This document shows positions 1 to 8,194 of a stretch of 15,989 bases of DNA, in pieces (within the stretch, counting starts at the first letter, position 1; every line of letters starts with the position of its first letter). A model generated the notes under the pieces. The model was not told the origin of the DNA, searched no databases, and saw only the letters and a list, made by a program, of their open reading frames with translations. Made by a program: the position numbers and the translations under genes. Source of the DNA: Fibrobacteria bacterium (GTDB lineage: Bacteria; Fibrobacterota; Fibrobacteria; UBA11236); the NCBI GenBank assembly GCA_050486505.1, contig JBJHDK010000054.1, positions 1 to 15,989 of the forward strand, written 5' to 3'.

Positions 1-1
1 C

Positions 2-493
<492 letters not shown>

Positions 494-502
494 CCCGTCT
501 CT

Positions 503-527
503 GTAGGGGCGACTCGTCGAGTCACCC
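503..527 (+). repeat. REP-like palindrome (GTAG-type)
   Basis: GTAG-GGGCGACTCG-T-CGAGTCACCC, 9 nt after the ilvC stop; related to five other copies in the window. Confidence 0.75.
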
Positions 528-534
528 GCACACG

Positions 535-563
535 AGGACCCGGGGTAACCCGGGTCTTTTTTG
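535..563 (+). terminator. Rho-independent terminator of ilvC
   Basis: GACCCGGG-GTAA-CCCGGGTC perfect 8-bp stem with a GNRA loop (537-556), followed by TTTTTTG. Confidence 0.9.
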
Positions 564-647
564 TTGGGCGCGTGGGGAAGCGCGTTCCGTACTATCCATC
601 GCGCCATGAATCTTGTCACCAGGGACAACCGGAATCGATTGGATCGC

Positions 648-672
648 GGGCGAGACAACGCCTCGCCCCTAC
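648..672 (-). repeat. REP-like palindrome (GTAG-type)
   Basis: Minus strand reads GTAG-GGGCGAG-GCGTTGT-CTCGCCC; inverted relative to the copy at 503-527. Confidence 0.75.
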
Positions 673-714
673 GAATCGTGCGATATCCATGAGTGCTCTT
701 TGACGTCTGGAAAT

Positions 715-742
715 GTACGGGCAGGTGCCGCCTCGCCCATAG
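715..742 (+). repeat. Degenerate REP-like palindrome
   Basis: GTAC-GGGCAGG-TGCCG-CCTCGCCC-ATAG; the right arm matches the 648-672 copy and the left arm has a 1-nt deletion. Confidence 0.5.
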
Positions 743-765
743 TCCCAATACCTATTTTCCCCCTC

Positions 766-1350
766 GTGCTCTTCCCTGAAAAACAACCCGTTCGCAACCC
801 TTCCCTGCTGGATGCTTCCCGATCGCTGCTGGTCGTGCTCGATGCGCAGGAACGGTTCTGCGGCGCGGTTGAAAACATGGAGGCCGTGGGAGCGCGTATC
901 GCCTTGCTGGCTAAGGCCGCCACGCGCTTGAACATCCCCGCGCTGCTCACGGAACAGTACCCCAAAGCCCTGGGCCCGACCCTCGCCCCCGTCAGGGAGG
1001 CGTTGCCGGAGAACACCCCCATTTTTGAAAAGCTCGCCTTCAGCGCCTGCGATGTTCCCGCATGGGGAGACGCCCTGAAAGCTTCGGCCCGCGATCAGGT
1101 CGTGCTCTGCGGCGTGGAGGCGCACGTCTGCGTGCTGCAGACGGCACTTGATCTCGCGGGAAGTTCAGGCCTTGCGGTGTATGTCGCGGAGGACGCTGTG
1201 TCGTCGCGCAAGGCGTCGGACAAGGCAGCGGCGCTGCGCCGGTTGGAGTCACACGGGGTGCAGGTCGTCTCAACGGAGATGGTCGTCTTCGAGTGGCTAC
1301 GCCGCGCCGGGACGACCGAGTTCAAGGAGTTGCAGGGGTTGATCAAATAA
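766..1350 (+). CDS. Isochorismatase-family (YcaC/ISOC-like) cysteine hydrolase
   Basis: Catalytic D-K-C motifs LLVVLDAQERF, FEKLAFSAC and GVEAHVCVLQTALD, plus TEQYPKALG. Start placed at GTG 766: the 613-765 extension in the ORF track runs through REP repeats, and TATTTT lies 7 nt upstream of GTG 766. Confidence 0.9.
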   Translation: MLFPEKQPVRNPSLLDASRSLLVVLDAQERFCGAVENMEAVGARIALLAKAATRLNIPALLTEQYPKALGPTLAPVREALPENTPIFEKLAFSACDVPAWGDALKASARDQVVLCGVEAHVCVLQTALDLAGSSGLAVYVAEDAVSSRKASDKAAALRRLESHGVQVVSTEMVVFEWLRRAGTTEFKELQGLIK

Positions 1351-1397
1351 AGTGCACGCCAGGTCGGCAGTAAAATCACGATCCTGATGACGCGAAC

Positions 1398-1934
1398 TCA
1401 CCGCTCCGAATCGGCATCCTCGTGATCCTCGTCGTCGTCATCGGGCAAAGCGGGAAACGCCACGATGCTGACATCGCCTCCCCGCTCTTCCACCTTCTTG
1501 CGAATGCGGTAGAATTCATCGAGACGCGCGTGAAAGCCCTTGGCATCATCATCGGTGATGCCGTTGCTGATCAGGAACTCGCACACCTCGATCGCCCGGG
1601 CCAGATTGCGCTGGTTCTGGTAGTACGTGATCAGCGCCTTGCATTGCACGGCGACGAACTTGGGATTGTACTCGTATCGGGGCAGCGTGTCGCGCAGGAA
1701 GTTGAGCGAAAATTCGGTCAGATCTTCCTTGCTCATGCGAGACTTGCTTTCCTTGATCTTGAAGGTGAGTTGATCAAGAAACTCGTGCGCCGCTTCAACT
1801 TTTTCGAAAAAAGGCATGGAAGAATTTTGCCAGTCGAGGAAGTCCTGCAAAACGCTGATGTCGTCATCGCGCAGGCGTTCCAGCGCTTTCTCCAGAAAGC
1901 CATCGGCGACGGGTGCGGAAACGTTGGAATCCAT
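1398..1934 (-). CDS. Hypothetical alpha-helical protein with a TPR-like C-terminal hairpin and acidic tail
   Basis: 178-aa ORF with natural-looking composition; fills the gap between convergent and divergent genes; promoter TTGCCC-N17-TAACTT upstream. KALITYYQNQRNLARAIEVCEFLI resembles a TPR helix pair. Confidence 0.8.
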   Translation of the reverse strand: MDSNVSAPVADGFLEKALERLRDDDISVLQDFLDWQNSSMPFFEKVEAAHEFLDQLTFKIKESKSRMSKEDLTEFSLNFLRDTLPRYEYNPKFVAVQCKALITYYQNQRNLARAIEVCEFLISNGITDDDAKGFHARLDEFYRIRKKVEERGGDVSIVAFPALPDDDDEDHEDADSER

Positions 1935-1943
1935 GGATTGGCG

Positions 1944-1972
1944 AAGTTAACACCCTCAACGCCCCGGGGCAA
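1944..1972 (-). promoter_or_regulatory. Putative sigma70-type promoter for the 1398-1934 gene
   Basis: TTGCCC (1972-1967), 17-nt spacer, TAACTT (1949-1944), then 9 nt to the ATG. Confidence 0.55.
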
Positions 1973-2008
1973 GAACGCGAAGCCTGATGAAGCTACCTTT
2001 TCCCCTCC

Positions 2009-3013
2009 ATGTTCCTTGACGAAGCATTCATCGAAGTCCTCGCGGGCAAGGGCGGCGACGGCATGGTCGCCTTCCGGCACGAAAAATATGTGCCCATGGG
2101 CGGCCCATGCGGAGGCAACGGCGGCAAGGGCGGCGACATCGTGCTCGTCGCCAGCAAGGACGTCCACACCCTGTACGACATCGGGCAAAACCGGATTTTC
2201 CGGGCGGGGCACGGTGAAAAAGGCGGCACGGGCGACTGCACCGGCCGTAGCGGCGAGGACCGCGTCATTCTGCTTCCGGTGGGGACATTGGTCAAGGACG
2301 CCGGTTCCGGAGAAATCCTGGTCGACCTCAAGCGCAAGGGTCAAAAAGCCGTGATCGCGCGTGGCGGACGCGGCGGGGTAGGCAACACGGCATTCAAAAG
2401 TTCCAGGAACCAGGCCCCGCGACAATCCACGCCGGGCGCACCGGGTGAACAGCGCAAGCTTTCCCTCGAACTCAAGTTGTTGGCTGACTGCGGGTTGGTG
2501 GGCTTTCCGAACGCGGGCAAGAGTTCCTTGATCCGCAAAGTCTCCGCCGCAACACCCAAGGTCGCCGATTACCCGTTCACGACCCTCAAGCCGGCTCTCG
2601 GCGTGGTCAGCATCGGACCCACCGCGAGCTTCGTGCTGGTCGACATCCCCGGGCTGATCGAAGGCGCCGCAGAAGGCAAGGGCCTTGGACACCGCTTCCT
2701 GCGCCACATCGAGCGAACCCGCTGCCTAGTCTACACGATCGAGGCTGCGGGCAAGGAGTCGTACAACCAGTACAAGATCCTGCGAAAAGAACTGGAAAAG
2801 TTCCACCCGCTGCTTCTCGAGAAGCCCAAGCTCGTCGTCCTTACGAAGAACGACCTCGGTGAGTTCCCCGTGGACGCGCGCTTCAAGAAAGAGAAATGCC
2901 CTGTCATCCTGACATCATCGATCACGGGACTGGGGCTCGAGGCTTTCAAGCGCGAAGCTTATGCCTTGTCGCGCGGCTCCCGTCCTTCCGATGACGACGG
3001 GTGGGCCGGATAG
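2009..3013 (+). CDS. obgE: GTPase ObgE/CgtA
   Basis: Gly-rich Obg fold (MFLDEA..GKGGDG..FRHEKYVPMGGP), G1 GFPNAGKS, G2 DYPFTTL, G3 DIPG, GLGHRFLRHIER, G4 TKND. No C-terminal OCT domain. Confidence 0.97.
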   Translation: MFLDEAFIEVLAGKGGDGMVAFRHEKYVPMGGPCGGNGGKGGDIVLVASKDVHTLYDIGQNRIFRAGHGEKGGTGDCTGRSGEDRVILLPVGTLVKDAGSGEILVDLKRKGQKAVIARGGRGGVGNTAFKSSRNQAPRQSTPGAPGEQRKLSLELKLLADCGLVGFPNAGKSSLIRKVSAATPKVADYPFTTLKPALGVVSIGPTASFVLVDIPGLIEGAAEGKGLGHRFLRHIERTRCLVYTIEAAGKESYNQYKILRKELEKFHPLLLEKPKLVVLTKNDLGEFPVDARFKKEKCPVILTSSITGLGLEAFKREAYALSRGSRPSDDDGWAG

Positions 3014-3028
3014 TACTAGATTCGGGAC

Positions 3029-4258
3029 GTGCCCAAAGTGCCTGACAAGCCCCGGCGCGCGCGCCACAAACCCTTTCTCTCGTCCCGTGCACGCCTTCTC
3101 GTGCTCGTGGCGCTGCTGGTCGCCGTTCCGGCAGCCGTCGCTTCGTACGCGCTGTGGGGGCGCCCCATCAGCTTCATCGCCCATGACGAGCAACAACGCG
3201 TGCTGTACGAGGTTCCGGAAAACATTCCGGTTTCACGGCTCGTCGAGGACCTGCATGAGCGCAAGCTCATCGCATTCCCGAACGTCTTGCGGGCGGTGTT
3301 GCGCTTGACAGGCTGGGAAACCCGGGTGCGTGCCGGCTTTTACTACCTGCAGCCCCGTAATTCGGTGATGGAAATCGCCCGCAAGTTGACTTCGGGTGAA
3401 ATGGCCACGCGCACCATCATCGTGACGGAAGGCAAGACCACGTGGGAAACCTACGAGACCCTCAAGCGCCATTTCCCAAAGCTCGACTCACTGGTCTTCG
3501 ACTCCTTGGCGAGCTCGCCCGAATTCGCCCATTCGTTGGGCGTGGAAGCCGACGGACTCGAAGGCTACCTCTACCCCGACACCTACGTCGTTCCCTGGAG
3601 CCTGCGTGAGCGGGACATCCTGCGCATCATGGTGGCCCGGTTCCATGAAGTGCTGGCGGAGCTCCCGGTGGAGGGAAACGCCTTTGTGGAGCAGTACGGA
3701 ATTCACGGACTCGTGACCCTCGCATCGATCGTTGAGAAGGAAGCCGCCGTCCGCCGCGAACAGCCCCTGATTGCAGGAGTCTTTCATAACCGGCTGCGGC
3801 AACGCTGGTCGCTCGGAGCCGATCCGACAGTGCGGTACGCCCTGAGAAAGCTCACCGGGCCCCTGACAACGGCCGACCTGAACATCGACTCCCCCTACAA
3901 TACGCGTCGTTACAGGGGCCTCCCCCCCGGCCCGGTCGCAAGCCCTTCGCGGTCCGCGCTTCTCGCCACGCTCGAACCCGAGCAGACACGCAAGATGTTC
4001 TTCGTGGCGAAGGACGACGGTTCGCGCGAGCATTTCTTTTCGGTGACATACGCCGAGCACAACCGGTACCGACGAATGGCGGCGGAGAACCGGGCAGCCA
4101 TGCGGCGTCAGATCGCCCAACGCGCTGCAGCGGCGGCTGAAGTGGAAATGGCCGAAGCCCCGGCGGATCGCACGGCCCCGGAAGCCTCCGGATCACCAAC
4201 GGCTCCCGGCAGCGATCCGCGAATCACCCCGCCCCGGGATCGCGCCGGGAAAGACTGA
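3029..4258 (+). CDS. mltG: Endolytic transglycosylase MltG (YceG family)
   Basis: Basic N-terminus and TM anchor; LEGYLYPDTY, LASIVEKEA (catalytic Glu), ADPTVRY, SPYNT..GLPPGP. Ala/Pro-rich C-terminal extension. Confidence 0.95.
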   Translation: MPKVPDKPRRARHKPFLSSRARLLVLVALLVAVPAAVASYALWGRPISFIAHDEQQRVLYEVPENIPVSRLVEDLHERKLIAFPNVLRAVLRLTGWETRVRAGFYYLQPRNSVMEIARKLTSGEMATRTIIVTEGKTTWETYETLKRHFPKLDSLVFDSLASSPEFAHSLGVEADGLEGYLYPDTYVVPWSLRERDILRIMVARFHEVLAELPVEGNAFVEQYGIHGLVTLASIVEKEAAVRREQPLIAGVFHNRLRQRWSLGADPTVRYALRKLTGPLTTADLNIDSPYNTRRYRGLPPGPVASPSRSALLATLEPEQTRKMFFVAKDDGSREHFFSVTYAEHNRYRRMAAENRAAMRRQIAQRAAAAAEVEMAEAPADRTAPEASGSPTAPGSDPRITPPRDRAGKD

Positions 4259-4272
4259 AGCGTTCGCGCAAC

Positions 4273-4286
4273 CCGACCGAAGTCGG
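4273..4286 (-). terminator. Small hairpin between convergent mltG and serC
   Basis: Minus strand CCGAC-TTCG-GTCGG (C(UUCG)G tetraloop) 4 nt after the serC stop. No strong U-tract. Confidence 0.4.
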
Positions 4287-4290
4287 AGAC

Positions 4291-5364
4291 TTAAGCGTTT
4301 CTCTTTGCGAAGTCGCGCATCAGGTCGACCAGCGCCTGCACTCCATCGAGCCCCATCGCGTTGTAGATGCTGGCACGGAACCCCCCGACCGAACGGTGTC
4401 CCTTGAGGCCGGAGAGGCCCGCGGCCTCGGCTTCGGCCAGAAAGGTCTTGTCGAGTTCGGGCTTCGTCATCACGAAGGTGACGTTCATGCGCGAGCGGTC
4501 TTCGACCGCGCAGGTTCCCCTGAACAACGGGTTGGCGTCGATTTCCGCGTAAAGCGCCGCCGCTTTCTCCTCGTTGCGCTTCGCCATGCCCGCGACGCCG
4601 CCATTGGCCTTGGCCCACTTCAGCGTCTCGAGCGCCATGAAGATGGCGAAGGCCGGAGGCGTGTTGTACATCGACCCGTTCTCGGCGTGCAGCTTGTAAT
4701 CAAGCATCGAAGGCAGCTTGCGAGGGGCCTTGCCGATCCAGTCCTTGCGGATGATGACCAAGGTGGCGCCCGCGATCCCCATGTTCTTCTGTGCTCCGGC
4801 ATAGATCAGGCCGAACTTGCGCACGTCGACGGGACGGCTGAAGATGTCGCTGCTCATGTCCGAGATCAGGGGCACCGGCGACTCGGGAAACTCCTGCAAC
4901 TGCGTGCCGAAGATGGTGTTGTTCGACGTGACATGCAGGTACTTGGCGTCCTCGGGAACCGAGTATCCCTTCGGGATGAAGTTGTAGTTGGCCTCCTTGC
5001 TCGAAGCCACCACGTTCACATTCCCGAACAGCTTCGCTTCCTTGATGGCCTTGGAAGCCCAGGTGCCGGTATCGGTGTATGCCGCCGTCTCGTTCTCGCC
5101 CAGCAGGTTCATGGGCACCATGGCGAATTGAAGGCTGGCTCCACCCTGCAGGAACAGCACTTCGTACTCGTCAGGCACATCGAGGAGATCGCGAACGTGC
5201 GCGCACGCGTCGGCCACCACTGCCTCGTATTCCTTGCTCCGATGAGAGATCTCCAGCAGGGACATGCCCATTCCCTGGAACTCGAGGCACGCACGGGATC
5301 CTGCTTCCATGGCCTCCCGGGGAAGGATGGCGGGGCCGGCGCTGAAGTTATAGACCTTTTTCAT
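4291..5364 (-). CDS. serC: Phosphoserine aminotransferase
   Basis: True start MKKVYNFSAGPA (ATG 5364, AAGGA upstream). Motifs EISHRS, FLQGGASLQF, DMSSD, YAGAQKN (PLP Lys), YNTPP, GHRSVGGFRASIYNA. Confidence 0.97.
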   Translation of the reverse strand: MKKVYNFSAGPAILPREAMEAGSRACLEFQGMGMSLLEISHRSKEYEAVVADACAHVRDLLDVPDEYEVLFLQGGASLQFAMVPMNLLGENETAAYTDTGTWASKAIKEAKLFGNVNVVASSKEANYNFIPKGYSVPEDAKYLHVTSNNTIFGTQLQEFPESPVPLISDMSSDIFSRPVDVRKFGLIYAGAQKNMGIAGATLVIIRKDWIGKAPRKLPSMLDYKLHAENGSMYNTPPAFAIFMALETLKWAKANGGVAGMAKRNEEKAAALYAEIDANPLFRGTCAVEDRSRMNVTFVMTKPELDKTFLAEAEAAGLSGLKGHRSVGGFRASIYNAMGLDGVQALVDLMRDFAKRNA

Positions 5365-5412
5365 GGGGGGTTCCTTCGTGGTCAACGGGTTTTTGGGGAA
5401 GTGTTGTTGAAT

Positions 5413-5436
5413 GGGCGACCCATGGGTCGCCCTTAC
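5413..5436 (-). repeat. REP-like palindrome overlapping the queF stop
   Basis: Minus strand GTAA + perfect 20-bp palindrome GGGCGACCCATGGGTCGCCC; the TAA of GTAA is the queF stop codon. Confidence 0.8.
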
Positions 5437-5918
5437 TTGCGGTTGGGGCGGGTTTTGTACCCTGCCGTTGCGGTCGTCTGGATGCCTCCACGGGCGTTGA
5501 ATATGCCCCGAACCTCCATTGAGAGCGGCTTGCAGGCCTTCACGCAGTCGGCCAGGACGCGGTTGACGACATGCTCGTGGAAGATGCCCAGATCCCGGAA
5601 CGAATTGATGTACTCCTTGAAGCTCTTCAACTCGAGGCAAAGCTTGTTGGGGACATATGTGATCACCAAGGTTGCGAAGTCGGGCAGACCTGTCTTGGGG
5701 CAGATGCAGGTGAATTCAGGAACGCTGACCTCGAGGGTGGTGGCGCTTCCGGGATACATGAAGGCCCAGGTTTCGATCTCGGGCATGACCATGCCGGGGA
5801 TGTGGTCCTGGCGACCTTCGTAAGAGGACGAGGGGCCTTCGACGGGTTTTGGGGGTGTCGTCCCCTTTCCCTGTATGGGCGACCGGCCGGTCGCCCTTAC
5901 CTTGCGTTGTGACGTCAC
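5433..5918 (-). CDS. queF: NADPH-dependent 7-cyano-7-deazaguanine (preQ0) reductase QueF, unimodular type
   Basis: PEFTCICPKTGLPDFA (catalytic Cys/Asp), QueF motif ELKSFKEY, FHEH, RGGI. GTG start overlaps the hisS TGA (GTGA), with GGAGG 7 nt upstream. Confidence 0.93.
   Translation of the reverse strand: MTSQRKVRATGRSPIQGKGTTPPKPVEGPSSSYEGRQDHIPGMVMPEIETWAFMYPGSATTLEVSVPEFTCICPKTGLPDFATLVITYVPNKLCLELKSFKEYINSFRDLGIFHEHVVNRVLADCVKACKPLSMEVRGIFNARGGIQTTATAGYKTRPNRK
5873..5900 (-). repeat. REP-like palindrome inside the queF 5' coding region
   Basis: Minus strand GTAA-GGGCGACCGGCCGGTCGCCC-ATAC, a perfect 20-bp palindrome; encodes VRATGRSPI. Confidence 0.8.
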
Positions 5919-7201
5919 AGTTCCCCCTCCCCCAAAACCCGTTGTTCTCCGGTGGCCAGATCCTTGACCTCATGGCTTCCTGCCGGCGCGCGGTCCGATC
6001 CGAAGAACAGGATTTTCTTGGCGCCGGCCTCGTTGGCCTCTTCCATTTGCTTCTTGAACTTGCCCCCCTTGAGGGAGTAGCTCACGGAGCGCCCCCCCGT
6101 CCTCAAACGCCGGGCCAGCGCGAGCAGTCCGGGCCGGGGAAGCTCTGCCGGGTCAAGATCCGCGAGGTAGTAGTCGACGCCCTCGCGCCCGGAGGGCAGC
6201 AGGTTCTTTTCCTTGAGCAGTTCGGCCAAGACCACGTCGCCCATGCCGAAGCCGACCGCGGAGACCGGGGGGCCGCCGAGGCTGGCCATGAGGCTGTCGT
6301 AGCGACCGCCGCCGGCAAGCGCGCGCAGGCCGACCCCCTTGTCGAACACTTCAAAGACGATGCCCGTGTAGTACGCGAGACCGCGAACGACGGAGGTGTC
6401 GATGGTGAGATAATCCGTGTACCCCTGACCTTCGAGAAGGCGGAACAGGTCACGTAATTCTTTGAGGGCGGCGGCTTCTCCCTCGGAAGGAGTCGCGAAC
6501 GCCGCGTCCAGACTTTCGAGCGACCGGCAACGGAAGAATGCCTCGAGGCGCTCTGCGGAAACCCCGGTCACGCCCTGTTCCGCGAGCAGGCGCAGGAACT
6601 CCTGTTCGCCGATCTTTGCCCGTTTGTCGAGCGCCGCGTACACGCCGGGCTTGCCCTCTTCATCGATCCCCAGGCTGCCGAGGAACTCCGAAAGCAGTTT
6701 GCGACTGGAAACGCGCACGGCGAAATCATCGGACGTCAGGCCGAAGCCCTTGAGCATTTCGATGACCGCGGCGATAAGGTCCGCCTCGGCGGCCACAGTG
6801 TCGCAGCCGACGATGTCCATGTTGAGCTGGAAAAACTCCCGCAGGCGGCCGCGCTGGGCCCTCTCGTAGCGGTAGAGCCGAGGGATGGAAAACCACTTCA
6901 GGGGCTTGCGCAGGCTTGACCCCTTCTGGTTGACCATGCGCGCCAGGGTCGGGGTCAATTCGGGACGCAAGGCAAGCTCCCGATCCCCCTTGTCGCGGAA
7001 GACGTAAAGCTGGTCGACGATTTCGGGGCCGCTCTTGCCGACGTAGAGTTCCAGATGCTCGAAGGCCGGCCCTTCGTACTCCTCGTAGCCGAATGCACGG
7101 CAGGTGCCACGCCAGCCGTCGAAAACATGATTCTGAACCCGCATGTCGGCGGGGTAAAAATCGCGGGTTCCTTTCGGGGTCTGGATGCGGTCGGTGGCCA
7201 T
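5915..7201 (-). CDS. hisS: Histidine--tRNA ligase
   Basis: PKGTRDF, LRPELTP, RYERAQRGRLREFFQ (motif 2), RGLAYYTG (HisA motif), GGGRYD, and a C-terminal anticodon-binding domain. Confidence 0.97.
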   Translation of the reverse strand: MATDRIQTPKGTRDFYPADMRVQNHVFDGWRGTCRAFGYEEYEGPAFEHLELYVGKSGPEIVDQLYVFRDKGDRELALRPELTPTLARMVNQKGSSLRKPLKWFSIPRLYRYERAQRGRLREFFQLNMDIVGCDTVAAEADLIAAVIEMLKGFGLTSDDFAVRVSSRKLLSEFLGSLGIDEEGKPGVYAALDKRAKIGEQEFLRLLAEQGVTGVSAERLEAFFRCRSLESLDAAFATPSEGEAAALKELRDLFRLLEGQGYTDYLTIDTSVVRGLAYYTGIVFEVFDKGVGLRALAGGGRYDSLMASLGGPPVSAVGFGMGDVVLAELLKEKNLLPSGREGVDYYLADLDPAELPRPGLLALARRLRTGGRSVSYSLKGGKFKKQMEEANEAGAKKILFFGSDRAPAGSHEVKDLATGEQRVLGEGEL

Positions 7202-7220
7202 GAAAAACCTTGGGATGCGA

Positions 7221-7247
7221 GCCTCGGAAACGAGGCGCGAGAATCTA
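7221..7247 (-). promoter_or_regulatory. Putative hisS -10 box with a 5' leader hairpin
   Basis: TAGATT (7247-7242), followed by the hairpin GCCTCG-TTTC-CGAGGC (7236-7221) and AAGGT before the ATG. Confidence 0.45.
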
Positions 7248-7289
7248 GAAAAGCCCCTTCCGAAATGCTCCCGGAACGACCCGAAATTC

Positions 7290-7318
7290 TTGAGAAATAC
7301 CCCCCCCGGAGCTAGCTT
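7290..7318 (+). promoter_or_regulatory. Putative sigma70 promoter for surE-gyrA
   Basis: TTGAGA (7290-7295), 17-nt spacer, TAGCTT (7313-7318). Confidence 0.55.
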
Positions 7319-7375
7319 TGCGTCGACCTGATTTTCACCGAGAATGACTCCCCGATTCCACCCCCGATCACCCGC

Positions 7376-8176
7376 ATGCGCGTCCTTCTGACGAACGACG
7401 ACGGCGTGCTCAGTCCCGTGCTGCGGCGTTCAGCCGAAGCACTCGCCTCGGAGCACGAGGTGGTGGTCGCGGCCCCGGCGCAAGACCAAAGCGGACAGTC
7501 GCACGGTTTCACGTACGGTGACGACAAGCCGCTGTTCTGCCACGAAGAGGCGGGCCTTCCGTGGCGCTTTTTCCGGATCGAAGGAACCCCTTCGGACTGC
7601 GTGAAATTTGCAGTGTCCCACCTACTCCGCGAAAACCCTCCGGACGTCGTCGTTTCCGGGCCCAACCTGGGTGAGAATGCCGGCATCAGCGCCATCTATT
7701 CGGGAACCGTCGCAGCCGCCCGCGAGGGGGCTCTTTGGGGCATTCCGTCGATCGCCATCAGCATCAGCGAACGCGACGAACTGCACCTCGAACATGCCCT
7801 GGAATGGCTGCTTAACCTGCTTCGCGAATCGGGCTCGTTGCCCGCTGCCGGAACGCTGTGGAACGTCAACTTTCCGGCCTGCCCTCCCGAGAACGTCCGG
7901 GGCGCCGAATTCACGCGCATGAGCACCGTCATGTTCCGCGACCATTACGAAGAGCGTAAAACGTCCCACGCGCTGACGGGTTATCAGCTGTTGGGCTACA
8001 AGCCCCAGGAACTCTTCGAATCCGGAACCGATGACGCGGCGTTGCGGGCCAACCGCATCGCGGTCACTCCTTTGCGAGTGTCGCAAACACATGAAGCCGA
8101 ACTGGCACGACTCAAATCACGGGAGGTCTGGCTGAACGCCCTCACCCCTCCCCGACCGGCGGGAACCCCCGCCTGA
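7376..8176 (+). CDS. surE: 5'/3'-nucleotidase SurE
   Basis: LLTNDDG, AP..DQSG.SH, GTPSDCV, PDVVVSGPNLGEN, YSGTVAAAREG, WNVNFP, GTD.....IAVTPL. Confidence 0.95.
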   Translation: MRVLLTNDDGVLSPVLRRSAEALASEHEVVVAAPAQDQSGQSHGFTYGDDKPLFCHEEAGLPWRFFRIEGTPSDCVKFAVSHLLRENPPDVVVSGPNLGENAGISAIYSGTVAAAREGALWGIPSIAISISERDELHLEHALEWLLNLLRESGSLPAAGTLWNVNFPACPPENVRGAEFTRMSTVMFRDHYEERKTSHALTGYQLLGYKPQELFESGTDDAALRANRIAVTPLRVSQTHEAELARLKSREVWLNALTPPRPAGTPA

Positions 8177-8194
8177 CCCCTTCAGGAGCACTCA

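Noticed and set aside
503..742. CRISPR array interpretation of the repeated palindromes
   Set aside because: Copies are non-identical, in mixed orientation and irregularly spaced, and no cas genes are present.
613..765. N-terminal extension of the isochorismatase ORF from TTG 613
   Set aside because: Runs through two REP-like repeats and has no family-like sequence; a better start is GTG 766, preceded by a -10-like box.
5365..5640. 92-aa N-terminal extension of SerC in the ORF track
   Set aside because: Overlaps queF in another frame; the canonical SerC N-terminus and an RBS occur at ATG 5364.
5873..5945. preQ1 riboswitch upstream of queF
   Set aside because: No 5' UTR exists (start overlaps the hisS stop), and no preQ1-I stem-loop with an A-rich tail is visible.
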